A stretch of DNA of 64,000 nucleotides from Bacteroidales bacterium (GTDB taxonomy: Bacteria > Bacteroidota > Bacteroidia > Bacteroidales > Paludibacteraceae), in contig SFDZ01000009.1 of the NCBI GenBank assembly GCA_004557405.1, forward strand, positions 15,014-79,013, given 5' to 3'. Below, in pieces: positions 53,838 to 64,000 of this stretch. The notes below the pieces were generated by a model, which was not told the DNA's origin, searched no databases, and saw only the letters and a program-made list of their open reading frames with translations. The translations under genes and the position numbers were made by a program. Every line of letters starts with the position of its first letter. Position 1 is the stretch's first letter.

Positions 53838-55910
53838 CTATTTTCCCAGGCTGTTGTCTCCGTTATTTTTGATGATGTTCGAAACTTCCCAGGCTAAATA
53901 GTCGGCCACGGTCTTTTTGAAATCTGCGAGCGTAGGTTTGGTGTCTATCGGTGCCGTTTGGTTCCAATCTGCTCCGTTTTCGGGGTCGATAGTGCCTTCG
54001 TAGTACTCTTTGTCGGTAAATATTTGGAGTTTCTTTTTGCCGAATCGTACCAAATCGACAAGTTCGGCGTAGCGGCCTTTGGCATTATCGGTGTCGCGCA
54101 GATTGGCGCTCGATTTTGCTTTTTTGCGGTTGGCGCGCGTGTAGCCGTCGTTGCCGAAGTCGATAAATTTCACGGTTTCGTCTTTTTGGTGCGCTTCGCC
54201 CACGCGGAACACATAAATGTAGGTTTGCACGCTCGATTTGCCTACAAACAGGTCGATCGGCATTTTGATGCTCGCAATGAGTGTGGCGTGTTTCAGAATT
54301 TTTTTGTTGTATTCGGTGGCTTTCCCGCTGCCGGCCGACCCTTGAATGATGATGGCGGCGTAGCCTTTGCTCATCATGCCGAGCGCTTTTTCGACGAATA
54401 TCATGCCGTTCCCTTTGGCCGAATAGGGCGGATTCAGTATAAAGGCATCGGCCGGAAATTTTTTGTCGGTGTCGCCAAAACCATAATTGCCCGAAAAGTC
54501 GAGCAGCGAGTCTTTGTTCAAAATGTTCGACGAACCGTCGCCCATCAAAATCATGTTCAGCACCGCCAGCATGTAGATGCTTGGCAAAATTTCGAGTCCT
54601 AATATCTGATTGGCTTTGATGGCGGCCGATTTTTTGGCAAGTTCTTCCGGCGATTTTATTTTTTCTTTGGCGTCGTCGAGCATTTCGTTCATAGCGGCCA
54701 CCAACAAGCCTGCCGATCCGGTGGCAAAGTCCCAGACGTACGAATCTTTGTTGACGCGGGCAAGTTTTACAAGCAGTTTCCCGACGTAAATCGGCGTAAG
54801 CACCACATCGTTGAGTTTGTCTTGTGTAAAGCCGAGCCAACCATACATTTCGTTGAATAGTTTGCCGGTAAAGTCGGTGGACAGCCCGATTTTGTAGTAA
54901 TAGCCCAAATCATCGACAATTTTGCAGAAAACCCGTTTCAGTTGGCTCTCGCCATTATTGTCCACTTTGTTGATGTTGTCGGTCAGCAGCGTGTTGGCCA
55001 GCGTGCGCTCAATCAGTTTGCGCTTGTCTTGCGGCACGTTTTTTTCGCGCAGGAAATTTTTGATTTTATTGATCACGATGTCGCCATCGCGCAGGCCGTT
55101 TTCGGTGCTCGATTTCAAATCGTCTTTCTCGAGCGGCACTACCATGTATTTGTACGGATTGTTCGGGTCGGTTACGCCCAATGTGGCAATGATGGTGGCT
55201 GCCACCAGATAAACACGATCGTTTTCGCCAAGTCCTTTTTCGGTTTGATAAATGTCGTTGTTTAGTTTTACAAGACACGATGCAATTTCGTCGTCGCGTT
55301 GTTGCTTGATGGCTTCGAGTTCTTGGTCGGTGAGCGACAAGGTGTTGACTTTTTCGACAAATGCGTTGAAATTCTCTGGTTTCAAGAATGAAAAATCGGT
55401 GTAGTCATCGACTTTCTGCCCTATGCCGAGGTTCTTTTTCGATACATAATAAACGCCAATTTGATGTTCTATCTGCCCTTGGTCATTTTTGCAACCGGTC
55501 ATGCCGATGGCTATTATTTGGCCGAATGTGGTATATTGCAAAATCGCATTGGCATAATGAACAGCCCCATTGACGGCGTAATTTTTTATGCTGTCGAAGT
55601 CGAGTTCGTTATTCTCTTTGCGTATGACTACCTGATTGTTTTTGTCAACTTTTACAAGTTTGTCTTTGTGGCCTTTGTATTCAATCAGAACGGGATAAAA
55701 ATGACCCGACATGTCTTGCAGCAGTAATTTGCAGTCAGGTCTGTTTCCGCCTTTGCCGCCTTGTTTCGATTCGTAAGCCTTTAGCGCTTTGTCGATTTCG
55801 GAGTTGCCCAGCGATTCTTGCTCGAGTTTGTAATCAAGGTTGTACGATTTGAGCCAACCATTGGCAAGGTCGGCAATGTTTGGCTCGACGGACTGAATGT
55901 TTTTCGCCAT
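53838..55910 (-). CDS. N6-adenine DNA methyltransferase (gamma class) with an N-terminal PD-(D/E)xK-like domain; BcgI-A-like type IIB/IIG restriction-modification protein
   Basis: 690 aa. Motif [17 protein letters not shown] and motif [13 protein letters not shown]. The N-terminal ~200 aa are not HsdM_N-like and contain [10 protein letters not shown]...[11 protein letters not shown] (D...ExK). No HsdR gene is nearby. Confidence 0.7.
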   Translation of the reverse strand: MAKNIQSVEPNIADLANGWLKSYNLDYKLEQESLGNSEIDKALKAYESKQGGKGGNRPDCKLLLQDMSGHFYPVLIEYKGHKDKLVKVDKNNQVVIRKENNELDFDSIKNYAVNGAVHYANAILQYTTFGQIIAIGMTGCKNDQGQIEHQIGVYYVSKKNLGIGQKVDDYTDFSFLKPENFNAFVEKVNTLSLTDQELEAIKQQRDDEIASCLVKLNNDIYQTEKGLGENDRVYLVAATIIATLGVTDPNNPYKYMVVPLEKDDLKSSTENGLRDGDIVINKIKNFLREKNVPQDKRKLIERTLANTLLTDNINKVDNNGESQLKRVFCKIVDDLGYYYKIGLSTDFTGKLFNEMYGWLGFTQDKLNDVVLTPIYVGKLLVKLARVNKDSYVWDFATGSAGLLVAAMNEMLDDAKEKIKSPEELAKKSAAIKANQILGLEILPSIYMLAVLNMILMGDGSSNILNKDSLLDFSGNYGFGDTDKKFPADAFILNPPYSAKGNGMIFVEKALGMMSKGYAAIIIQGSAGSGKATEYNKKILKHATLIASIKMPIDLFVGKSSVQTYIYVFRVGEAHQKDETVKFIDFGNDGYTRANRKKAKSSANLRDTDNAKGRYAELVDLVRFGKKKLQIFTDKEYYEGTIDPENGADWNQTAPIDTKPTLADFKKTVADYLAWEVSNIIKNNGDNSLGK

Positions 55911-56222
55911 ACACTTTTGCTGTTTTGCAGCGTCAGCAACTTATCGAGAATGCAGGATGACAAAAAACCTTGAATACATAAAAGTGTGAACTTTGCCTAT
56001 GTGCCCAAGGAGATTTGCCGTAACCTGCATCACAATAAGTTCCGTCCACACTTTGTGCAGACGTTCACCGAACTTATTCAATGTGATGCTTATCATTTGG
56101 CAAATTTTTAGGGCATCTCGAATAAATAGCAAACGCTATGGTTGATAGTATGTTAGTTTATCTTTCTTGTACTTTTTTTGTTGTGTTTTTTTGGTTGACT
56201 ATTTGGTAATTTTTCTTTGTCC

Positions 56223-57299
56223 TTATATGCACATGTTCATGGCGGTGCGCACTTCGTCGAGGGTGCGTGCGGCTATTTCGCGGGCGCGTTGCGAACCGTC
56301 GAGCAACACCTGACGGATGTAGTCGGGTTGCGTTTCGAGTTGTCGGCGGCGTTCGCGCAGCGGACGCAGTTCTTCGTTCAGTGCCTCGGTCAGCATTTTT
56401 TTGAGCATACCTCCGCCGCCGTCGCCAATGCGTTCGGCTATGGTTTGCGGGGCGTCGCCGGTGCAGAGCGCAATCAGCATCAGCAGGTTGGCCACTTCGG
56501 GACGATTTTCGGGGTCGTAGGTGATGTGGCGGTCGGCATCGGTCTTGGCTTTTTTGATGAGGGCGGCTGTTTCGTCCTCGGTGGCGCTGAGCATGATGGC
56601 GTTGCCGCGGCTTTTGCTCATTTTTTGTGTGCCGTCCAAGCCCATGATGCTGGGCGTTTTGCTCAGCAATGCGTGTGGCTCGGGGAATACCGGGTTGCCG
56701 TTTTTACAAAATTTTTCGTTGAAACGGCGCGCTATCAGGCGTGTCATTTCGAGGTGTGGCAGTTGGTCTTTGCCTACGGGCACGACGTTGCCTTTGCAGA
56801 ACAGAATATCGACCGCTTGATGCACCGGATAGGTGTACATGCCGGCGTTGACGCTTTTCAGCCCGGCCGCTTGAATCTCCTCTTTCACGGTCGGGTTACG
56901 GCTCAGTTCGGCATTCGACACCAAGGTCAAAAACGGCACCATCAGTTGGTTGGCTTCAGGCACGTAACTATGCGGGTAAATCAGCACGTTTTCGCCGGGT
57001 TCGATGCCGGCTGCCAAATAGTCGATGACGAGTTGTTTGGTGTTTTGACTGATTTCTTGATACGCATCGTGGTCGGTAAGTACTTGATAATCAGCAATGA
57101 GTATCATCGTTGGTACGCCCAGTTTCGATAGCCGCACGCGGTTTTGCAGCGACCCGAAATAGTGCCCGATGTGCAGACGCCCTGTCGGGCGGTCGCCGGT
57201 GAGTACGCGGTATTTTGCCGGGTTGAGGGCAATGTCCGCTTCAATTTTTTTGCTGATTTCGACAGCCGTATCGTAACTGTTCGATTCAAATTCTGCCAT
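56223..57299 (-). CDS. trpS: Tryptophan--tRNA ligase
   Basis: 358 aa. TGRLHIGHYFG (HIGH) and KMSKSRGN (KMSKS). Confidence 0.93.
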   Translation of the reverse strand: MAEFESNSYDTAVEISKKIEADIALNPAKYRVLTGDRPTGRLHIGHYFGSLQNRVRLSKLGVPTMILIADYQVLTDHDAYQEISQNTKQLVIDYLAAGIEPGENVLIYPHSYVPEANQLMVPFLTLVSNAELSRNPTVKEEIQAAGLKSVNAGMYTYPVHQAVDILFCKGNVVPVGKDQLPHLEMTRLIARRFNEKFCKNGNPVFPEPHALLSKTPSIMGLDGTQKMSKSRGNAIMLSATEDETAALIKKAKTDADRHITYDPENRPEVANLLMLIALCTGDAPQTIAERIGDGGGGMLKKMLTEALNEELRPLRERRRQLETQPDYIRQVLLDGSQRAREIAARTLDEVRTAMNMCI

Positions 57300-57327
57300 A
57301 GTTCGTTTTTTGAGAAAAAGTTATACC

Positions 57328-59943
57328 CTATTTAATTGCGTTCATCACATAGTCGATGGCTTCGTCCAATCCGTCGGCATATTTGCCGCCCGCCGATGCC
57401 ATGAACGGTTGTCCGCCGCCGCCGCCTTGAATGTATTTGGCAGCCTCGCGTACTATGTTGCCGGCGTGGAATCCGGCGGCCACCATCGGTTGGCTGAGGA
57501 ATACGGTGAGGGTCGGCTTGCTCTCGTAAACGGTGCCGGCCACAAGCATGAATTTGACGTCGGCAAATTTGCCTTTGAGGTGCGGAATGATGTTGCGGAT
57601 GATTTCGGGCGAGGTGTCGCCAAGGTAGCGTATCACTTTGACGCCGTTGATGTCGATGGCGCTTTGCAGCAAGGCGTCGCGCAGGCGATTGGCACGTTCG
57701 GCCATGAACTCGTCGATTTTTTTGTGCAGTGCCGTGTTTTCTTCCAGCGATTTTTGTGCGGCCGATATGATGTCGGACGTGTTGTTGAACAGTTCGCGGA
57801 TGGTGTTTTGCATGTCTTGTGCGTTGTCCATCATCTGTTCCACCATTTCGCCGGTGATGGCTTCGATGCGGCGTACGCCGGCGGCTATCGAACTTTCGGA
57901 AACGATGCGTACCATGCCGATGTTGCCTGTGGCGTGTGCGTGGGTGCCGCCGCACAGTTCGATGGATGAACCATAACGGACGACGCGTACGTTGTCGCCG
58001 TATTTTTCGCCAAACAAGGCCATGGCTCCAAGGCTTTTGGCTTCGGCGATGGGCATGTTGCGATGCTCGTCGAGTACGATGTTTTCGCGTATTTTGCGGT
58101 TGACTATATGTTCTACTTGGCGCAACTCGTCGGCGCTGACTTTTTGGAAGTGCGAGAAGTCGAAGCGCAGTGCTTCGGGCGTTACCAACGAGCCTTTTTG
58201 TTCGACGTGTGTGCCGAGCAGCGTACGCAATGCTTCGTGTATCAGGTGCGTGGCGGTGTGGTTGGCTTCGATGGCGTGGCGGCGGCGCTCATCGACTTGC
58301 GCCGTGAATGTGGCCGTAACATCGGTCGGCATTTGTGCCACAATGTGTATCGGCAGATTGTTTTCGCGCTTGGTGTCTTTTATGTCGATGGTTTCGGTGC
58401 CGTTGGTCAGCACGCCGGTATCGCCTACTTGTCCGCCCATTTCGGCGTAGAACGGCGTTTTGCTCAGCACCACTTGGTAGAAGTCTTTGCCTTTGGTGCT
58501 CATTTTGCGGTAGCGCAGAATGTGCGTGTCGCACGTCAGTGTGTCGTATCCCACAAATTCGGTGTCGCCGGTGCTTACGGTAATCCAGTCGCCGGTTTCG
58601 ACGGCGGCGGCGTTGCGGGCGCGGTCTTTCTGCTTTTGCATTTCGGTGTTGAAGTCGTCGATGTTCAGCGTCAAACCGTTCTCTTTCAGAATCAGTTCGG
58701 TCAGGTCGAGCGGAAAGCCGTAGGTGTCGTACAATGTGAAGGCATCAACGCCCGAAATTTCGGTGCGGCCGACTTTTTTGGTGTCGTTCATCACTTTGTC
58801 GAGCAGGCGCATGCCTGTTTCGAGTGTGCGCAGAAAGGCGTCTTCTTCCTCTTTGATGACTTTTTCGATCAACGATTGCTGATGTTTGAGTTCGGGGTAA
58901 GCCTCGCCCATATTGTCGATGAGTGCGGGAATCAGTTTGTACATGAAGGCGCTCCGTTGCCCGAGGAATGTGTAACCGTAGCGCACGGCGCGGCGCAGTA
59001 TGCGGCGAATGACGTAGCCTGCTTTGGCGTTGCTCGGTAGTTGTCCGTCGGTGATGGCAAATGCGATGGTGCGTATGTGGTCGGCTATCACGCGCATGGC
59101 TACATCGGTTTTGGCGTCTTGGCCGTATGCGCAGTGGCAGATTTCGCCGACGGCTTTCAGCAGCGGTTGGAATACATCGGTGTCGTAGTTCGATGTTTTA
59201 CCCTGAACGGCCACGCAGAGGCGTTCGAAACCCATGCCCGTGTCGATTACTTTGTTGGGCAGCGGCTCGAGCGATCCGTCGGCTTTGCGGTTGTATTGCA
59301 TGAACACGTTATTCCATATCTCGATGACTTGCGGGTTGTCTTTGTTTACCAAGTCTTTGCCGCTCACTTTGGCGCGTTCGCTGTCGGGGCGCAGGTCGAT
59401 GTGTATTTCGGAGCAGGGACCGCACGGGCCGGTGTCGCCCATTTCCCAAAAGTTGTCGTGCTTGTTGCCGTCGATGATGCGGTCGGGGCTGACGAATTTT
59501 GCCCAGATGTCGGCGGCTTCGTCGTCGCGGTCGAGGCCTTCGGCGGGCGCACCTTCGAATACGGTTACATATAGACGGTCTTTATCGAGTTTCAGCACTT
59601 CGGTCAGGTATTCCCACGCCCAAGCGATAGCCTCTTTTTTGAAATAATCGCCAAACGACCAGTTGCCCAACATTTCGAACATAGTGTGGTGGTAGGTGTC
59701 GTGTCCTACCTCTTCGAGGTCGTTGTGTTTGCCGCTCACGCGCAGGCATTTTTGCGAGTCGGCAATGCGCGGATAGGTTATCGGGTCGTTGCCGAGAATG
59801 ATGTTTTTCCATTGGTTCATACCGGCGTTGGTGAACATCAGTGTCGGGTCGCCTTTGACGACCATTGGCGCCGATGGTACAATTTTGTGTCCTTTCGATG
59901 CAAAAAAATCGAGGAACGATTGACGGATTTCTTTTGAAGTCAT
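57328..59943 (-). CDS. alaS: Alanine--tRNA ligase
   Basis: 871 aa. [29 protein letters not shown], editing-domain HTATHL, C-terminal DHHA1-type GGGGGQP. Confidence 0.97.
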   Translation of the reverse strand: MTSKEIRQSFLDFFASKGHKIVPSAPMVVKGDPTLMFTNAGMNQWKNIILGNDPITYPRIADSQKCLRVSGKHNDLEEVGHDTYHHTMFEMLGNWSFGDYFKKEAIAWAWEYLTEVLKLDKDRLYVTVFEGAPAEGLDRDDEAADIWAKFVSPDRIIDGNKHDNFWEMGDTGPCGPCSEIHIDLRPDSERAKVSGKDLVNKDNPQVIEIWNNVFMQYNRKADGSLEPLPNKVIDTGMGFERLCVAVQGKTSNYDTDVFQPLLKAVGEICHCAYGQDAKTDVAMRVIADHIRTIAFAITDGQLPSNAKAGYVIRRILRRAVRYGYTFLGQRSAFMYKLIPALIDNMGEAYPELKHQQSLIEKVIKEEEDAFLRTLETGMRLLDKVMNDTKKVGRTEISGVDAFTLYDTYGFPLDLTELILKENGLTLNIDDFNTEMQKQKDRARNAAAVETGDWITVSTGDTEFVGYDTLTCDTHILRYRKMSTKGKDFYQVVLSKTPFYAEMGGQVGDTGVLTNGTETIDIKDTKRENNLPIHIVAQMPTDVTATFTAQVDERRRHAIEANHTATHLIHEALRTLLGTHVEQKGSLVTPEALRFDFSHFQKVSADELRQVEHIVNRKIRENIVLDEHRNMPIAEAKSLGAMALFGEKYGDNVRVVRYGSSIELCGGTHAHATGNIGMVRIVSESSIAAGVRRIEAITGEMVEQMMDNAQDMQNTIRELFNNTSDIISAAQKSLEENTALHKKIDEFMAERANRLRDALLQSAIDINGVKVIRYLGDTSPEIIRNIIPHLKGKFADVKFMLVAGTVYESKPTLTVFLSQPMVAAGFHAGNIVREAAKYIQGGGGGQPFMASAGGKYADGLDEAIDYVMNAIK

Positions 59944-60203
59944 AATATTGCTATTTTCTAATAATCAGATGTTTAAGTTTATTTTCGGCGGTTTTGGCGC
60001 ACGGTGTGTACGCACACGTCGAAAATGTTTGCAAAAATAGTAAAAAATGTCCGTTTGTACAAGAAATATGCAAAATGATGTGTTTTTTCTGAAAAAATCG
60101 CCGTTGTTGTTTGATGTATTGAAAGTTATTTTGTATTTTTGCAGTTGCTTTTGCAGGTCGTTCGCCGCTGTCGGTGGTTGCGACCGGTATCAAAATCGAT
60201 TCA

Positions 60204-61175
60204 ATGGCTCGAAGAGTAAAATTTCATTATAATCCCGAAACGCTGTCGTACGAGCGTGTGCCGGTCAAGTTTTGGGATGTGGTGGGGCGCATCGGCATTG
60301 TTTTGCTGACGAGCGCCGGCATCGGTTTGGCGTTTTTCTTTTTGTTTATCACTTTTGTGGAATCGCCCAAGGAGAAACAGTTGGTCATCGAAAACGCACG
60401 TATGCGGGCGCAATACAAACTGCTTGAACGCCGTCTCGACGACCTGCAACCTCTGCTCGACGACCTGCAGCAGCGCGACGACAATCTGTATCGTGCCATT
60501 CTTCAGGCTGAACCCATCCCATCGGGCGTGAGGCGCAGCACGTTGGGCAACAATCGCCGCTACGATGATTTTGCCGACATGGCCAACAGCGACCTTATAA
60601 TAGAGGTAACCAAGCGCGTGGACGATTTGGCAAAGCAGATTTACATACAATCGCAGTCGTACGACGAACTTGTGCGGCTGGCCAAACAAAATGATAAAAA
60701 ATTGCGCCACATTCCGGCCATACAGCCGGTGCTGAACAAGGATTTGAAACGTATGGCATCGGGCTACGGCGTGCGCATCGACCCCGTGTACCACACGGCG
60801 CGCTTTCACGCCGGCATGGATTTTACGGCGCCTATCGGTACCGACATTTATGTTACGGGCGATGGCGTGGTCGAATCGGCCGGCTGGCGGCAAGGTTATG
60901 GCAACTGCATTACCGTCAACCACGGATTTGGATATGTAACCCTGTATGCCCACATGCATAAACTCGGTGTGCGCGTCGGCCAAAAACTGACGCGTGGCGA
61001 CATCATCGGAACGGTGGGCAATACCGGCAAATCGACCGGCCCGCACTTGCACTACGAGGTGCGCTATCAGGGAAAACCGGTCGATCCGCGCAACTATTAT
61101 TTCCTCGACTTGTCGCCCGAACAGTACGATGAGATGATACAACTCTCGCAAAACGCAGGGCAAATGTTTGATTAA
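60204..61175 (+). CDS. M23-family metallopeptidase with an N-terminal TM helix and coiled coil
   Basis: ORF 60174..61175 (GTG) trimmed to ATG 60204. HAGMDFTAPIGTDIYVTGDG (HxxxD) and GNTGKSTGPHLHYEV (HxH). Confidence 0.88.
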   Translation: MARRVKFHYNPETLSYERVPVKFWDVVGRIGIVLLTSAGIGLAFFFLFITFVESPKEKQLVIENARMRAQYKLLERRLDDLQPLLDDLQQRDDNLYRAILQAEPIPSGVRRSTLGNNRRYDDFADMANSDLIIEVTKRVDDLAKQIYIQSQSYDELVRLAKQNDKKLRHIPAIQPVLNKDLKRMASGYGVRIDPVYHTARFHAGMDFTAPIGTDIYVTGDGVVESAGWRQGYGNCITVNHGFGYVTLYAHMHKLGVRVGQKLTRGDIIGTVGNTGKSTGPHLHYEVRYQGKPVDPRNYYFLDLSPEQYDEMIQLSQNAGQMFD

Positions 61176-61201
61176 CAATGGTTTGTCAGAATATTTGATA
61201 T

Positions 61202-63421
61202 ATGGACGAAAAATACCTCAACCTCACCGAAGCCGACGAGGAGTCGATGATTCAACGCGAATTTGATGCCTTGCTGCAGGACTATGCAGCCACACGTCAT
61301 ACTCAAAAAACGGAAATTATCAAGCGTGCGTTCGATTTTGCCAAAAGCGCGCATCACGGCGTGCGCCGGCGCTCGGGCGAACCATACATCATGCACCCGT
61401 TGGCTGTGGCGCGCATCGTGGTCAAAGAGATTGGTTTGGGCTCGACCTCCATCTGCTCGGCTTTGCTGCACGATGTGGTGGAAGACACCGACTACACGGT
61501 GGAAGACATCGAAGAACGATTTGGCCCGAAAATCGCACAAATAGTGTCGGGACTGACCAAAATTTCGGGAGGCATCTTTGGCGAAAAAGCATCGGAACAA
61601 GCCGAAAACTTCCGACGACTGATTCTGACCATGCCCGAAGATGTGCGCGTCATTCTGATAAAAATGGCCGACCGCCTGCACAATATGCGCACGCTCGGGT
61701 CGATGCCGCCGGCCAAACAACTGAAAATCAGTGGCGAAACACAATATATCTACGCACCTCTGGCGGCACGGCTCGGCTTTTTTCTCATCAAAACCGAACT
61801 CGAAAACCTCAGTTTCAAATACGAACAGCCATCGGTCTATGCCAAAATACAGGAGCAGGTCGATGCCGTTACACCACGCTTGGAAGAGTCGTATTTGCGA
61901 TTCATCGGTCCCATCAAGCAGATTTTGGATTCGTACAACTACAAATACACCATCACCTATCGGGTCAAATCGCCGTACTCTATCTTCCGCAAGATGCAGA
62001 ATAAGCATATCCCGTTCGACGAGGTGTACGATTTGCTGGCCGTGCGCATCATCTTGAAACCGCGCCCCGACGAGGACGAGCGCGCCAACTGCTGGGTAAC
62101 CTATTCGGCACTGACATCGCTCTACAAAGAACATCCCGACCGCACGCGCAACTGGCTGAGTACACCAAAACCAAACGGCTACGAAGCGTTGCACGTTACA
62201 CTGATGAACCACGAAGGCAATTGGGTGGAAGTGCAAATTCGCACCGAGCGCATGAACGAAATAGCCGAACACGGCTTGGCCGCGCATTGGAAATACAAAA
62301 CCGGCACCAGCGAATTGTCCAACTTGGATTCGTGGTTCAAGTCGCTGAAAGATATGCTCGACACGGCCGACTATGCCAACGCCGTGGAGTTTATGGATAC
62401 GTTCCGCCTAAACCTCTATGCCAGCGAGATTTATGTGTTCACACCCAAAGGCGACATCAAAAAAATGCCGGTCAAATCGACGGCCTTGGATTTCGCATTC
62501 GCCTTGCATAGCGACATCGGGTTGCACTGTATCGGTGCCAAGGTCGATCATAAGTTGGTGCCACTCACCTACGAACTGAAAAGCGGCGACCAAGTGGAAA
62601 TTCTCACCTCGAAAACACAACGCCCGCAGCCCGATTGGATTGACATCGTTACCATGCCGCGCGCCAAAGCACACCTGCGCGCCGTGTTCCGCAAAGAGTA
62701 CCGCATCGTGCAAGAGAAAGGCAAAAAAGCCGTCGAAGACGAACTTGCCAAACTGAATATGCCGCTGAACAACGTAACCACCACGCGCATCATCGAACAC
62801 TACAAATTTAACACCATCACCGAATTTTACAATGCCGTTGGGCGGGGGTTGGTCGATTTGTCGGATATCACTACCGTGATGTTTCAAACCAAAAATCCGA
62901 GCAAATGGACGAAAATGTGGAAGTTGCAGTTCGGCAAAAAAAACGAGTCTGTCGAAACCGACCCGAAGAAGAAAAAGAAGGTGGTGCTCACCGATACCAA
63001 CGTCGGACAGGGCTACACGCTGGCCGAATGCTGCCATCCCATACCCGGCGATCCCGTGCTGGGCTATCTGGACGAATACGGCACCGTGTTGGTGCATAAG
63101 CGCGAGTGTCCCGTAGCGCTGAAACTGAAAAGCAACTACGGCAATCGGATTGTAACGGCTGAATGGGCGACCCACAATGTGAAGTCGTTCTTGGCTATGA
63201 TCGAAATCAACGGCATCGACGAACGAGGCGTGCTGCAAAAAATTGTTACTGTTGTTTCCGAAGATTACGCCATCAATATCAAAAGTGTGCATCTCGAAGC
63301 CAAAGACGGCATTTTCACCGCGCAGTTTGGCGTGTATGTGCACAGCGCCGACGATTTGAATGTGCTGTGTGCCAACTTGCGCAAGGTGCCGTTTGTCAAC
63401 TCGGTAGTGCGTATTTCGTAA
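61202..63421 (+). CDS. Bifunctional RelA/SpoT homologue ((p)ppGpp synthetase/hydrolase) with an intact HD domain
   Basis: 739 aa. HHGVRRRSGEPYIMHPLAVARIV ... LLHDVVEDTDYT (HD hydrolase), YRVKSPYSIFRKMQNK ... YEALHVTLMNHEGNWVEVQIRTERM (synthetase), plus TGS and ACT domains. Confidence 0.92.
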   Translation: MDEKYLNLTEADEESMIQREFDALLQDYAATRHTQKTEIIKRAFDFAKSAHHGVRRRSGEPYIMHPLAVARIVVKEIGLGSTSICSALLHDVVEDTDYTVEDIEERFGPKIAQIVSGLTKISGGIFGEKASEQAENFRRLILTMPEDVRVILIKMADRLHNMRTLGSMPPAKQLKISGETQYIYAPLAARLGFFLIKTELENLSFKYEQPSVYAKIQEQVDAVTPRLEESYLRFIGPIKQILDSYNYKYTITYRVKSPYSIFRKMQNKHIPFDEVYDLLAVRIILKPRPDEDERANCWVTYSALTSLYKEHPDRTRNWLSTPKPNGYEALHVTLMNHEGNWVEVQIRTERMNEIAEHGLAAHWKYKTGTSELSNLDSWFKSLKDMLDTADYANAVEFMDTFRLNLYASEIYVFTPKGDIKKMPVKSTALDFAFALHSDIGLHCIGAKVDHKLVPLTYELKSGDQVEILTSKTQRPQPDWIDIVTMPRAKAHLRAVFRKEYRIVQEKGKKAVEDELAKLNMPLNNVTTTRIIEHYKFNTITEFYNAVGRGLVDLSDITTVMFQTKNPSKWTKMWKLQFGKKNESVETDPKKKKKVVLTDTNVGQGYTLAECCHPIPGDPVLGYLDEYGTVLVHKRECPVALKLKSNYGNRIVTAEWATHNVKSFLAMIEINGIDERGVLQKIVTVVSEDYAINIKSVHLEAKDGIFTAQFGVYVHSADDLNVLCANLRKVPFVNSVVRIS

Positions 63422-63727
63422 CCGCTCGGCATCGGATTGCTGCGCGCTTAGGTCGGTTTGTAGTCGAAAACTCCCTGTTGGTCGATTGTGCTGTGTGTGG
63501 TTGCACACTTTTTGTAACTTTGCAAACGGGTATCAATCGCCATGTAAGTGTGTCGTTTGCTGCTTTGGCTTTTAGGATTTTTTTTGTGGCGTAGATTTGT
63601 TGCAAGAATCTCACTTGCCGATGGTTTGGTTGTTTGACGTTTGATGGTGTCAGCCCCAAAAAAATACGCCGCATTTGCCCCGATTGACACCTTGTGTGAT
63701 GAATAAATTGTTTTTATTTGACGACAA

Positions 63728-64000
63728 ATGACCTCTAAATCGAAACATTTTGAATATCTGATTCACATCGTGGTGTTCATCATTTTGTTCATCACCCTTT
63801 GCTTTTTTGCCGAAAAAACAGGTTCGAACTACGAAATAAACTGGTACTTGTTTCAGCGGCACGGAATCATCTTGTTGCTGTTTGCCGCACTGTTTTACGT
63901 CAACTACTATGTGCTGATACCCAAACTCTATTTTCGCAAACAAAAAATGGTGTATTTGGCAATCAATTTACTGATTATCATTGCGTTGTCTTTCGTGGTG
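63728..64000 (+). CDS. Membrane sensor histidine kinase (LytS/YehU-type), N-terminal 91 codons, continues beyond the window
   Basis: Not in the track because it runs off the end. ATG 63728: MTSKSKHFEYLIHIVVFIILFITLCFF...LLLFAALFYVNYYVLIPKLYFRKQKMVYLAINLLIIIALSFVV. The Y.N.y.LiPk.l..kk...Y pattern is typical of Bacteroidota LytS-type kinases. The listed minus ORF 63650..63943 is its shadow. Confidence 0.55.
   Translation, partial: MTSKSKHFEYLIHIVVFIILFITLCFFAEKTGSNYEINWYLFQRHGIILLLFAALFYVNYYVLIPKLYFRKQKMVYLAINLLIIIALSFVV

Larger units (their letters stand above)
52612..56222 (-). other. Low-GC islet carrying a two-gene restriction-modification system
   Basis: Lies between the DMT transporter and trpS. 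Hand-counted GC of 60-nt lines: 23% at 53521, 47% at 52681, 57% at 53281 (mosaic). The 310-nt AT-rich non-coding stretch 55911-56222 has no convincing gene. Confidence 0.6.

Noticed and set aside
55941-56132. 63-aa ORF just upstream of the methyltransferase, considered as a controller (C) protein. More generally, hidden genes in the 310-nt AT-rich stretch 55911-56222.
   Set aside because: The translation (MLFIRDALKICQMISITLNKFGERLHKVW...) has no helix-turn-helix pattern, and no -7 box or coupling signal was found. Other frames give only peptides of about 50 aa or less. It is probably non-coding islet DNA or decayed remnants.
57300-57327. T-box or other leader upstream of trpS, and regulation linked to the Trp attenuator.
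   Set aside because: Only 28 nt separate the alaS stop from the trpS start, so there is no room for a leader. trpS is most simply co-transcribed with alaS.

Overview
Chromosomal window from a Bacteroidota genome. I infer the phylum from TAnnTTTG/-33 TTTG promoter boxes in front of many genes, T9SS C-terminal sorting domains, and FISUMP, DUF4837, DUF5063 and LemA-TPM genes. About 45 housekeeping genes sit at roughly 47-57% GC (hand-counted 60-nt samples). They include rmuC, two RelA/SpoT homologues, cinA, pdxA, a TrpB2-type tryptophan synthase beta paralogue, a deacetylase/glycosyltransferase trio, groES-groEL, dnaK, rlmI, ygiQ, ribE, an M49 peptidase, rarA, nhaC, trpS, alaS and tRNA-Asn(GTT). 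Two low-GC accessory insertions interrupt this backbone. (1) 18859-32235 is a ten-gene, 13.4-kb, tightly packed minus-strand operon lying exactly between the groEL and dnaK terminators. It combines an Ssp-like DNA-phosphorothioation core (DUF4007 protein, 1084-aa P-loop ATPase, PP-loop/PAPS-reductase-family protein) with seven further genes: a YhcG PD-(D/E)xK nuclease, a GIY-YIG nuclease, a DGQHR (DndB/ParB-like) protein, a PLD-nuclease/SF2-helicase fusion, an SMC/Rad50/DndD-like ATPase with a central CxxC hook, and two small unknown proteins. It has no cysteine desulfurase, DndE, SspE, DndFGH or integrase. This gene set matches no canonical Dnd/Ssp/BREX/Dpd architecture I know, and it is my top candidate for an undescribed defence/modification system. 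(2) 52663-55910 is a BcgI-like (type IIB) restriction-modification pair: a nuclease-methyltransferase fusion plus an HsdS-like subunit with mosaic TRDs. Other points worth a second look: a 14-codon leader peptide with three consecutive Trp codons plus a terminator/antiterminator in front of trpB2; a 17-nt element (ACTGCCA-N3-TGTCAG) and a TGGCACG -24/-12-like box shared by the groES and dnaK upstream regions; a split TPM-domain gene with 21-bp coding tandem repeats; and an unlisted 59-codon cysteine-rich ORF. I saw no rRNA, CRISPR array, transposase or integrase. All functional calls rest on motif and family recognition by eye; no database search was run.
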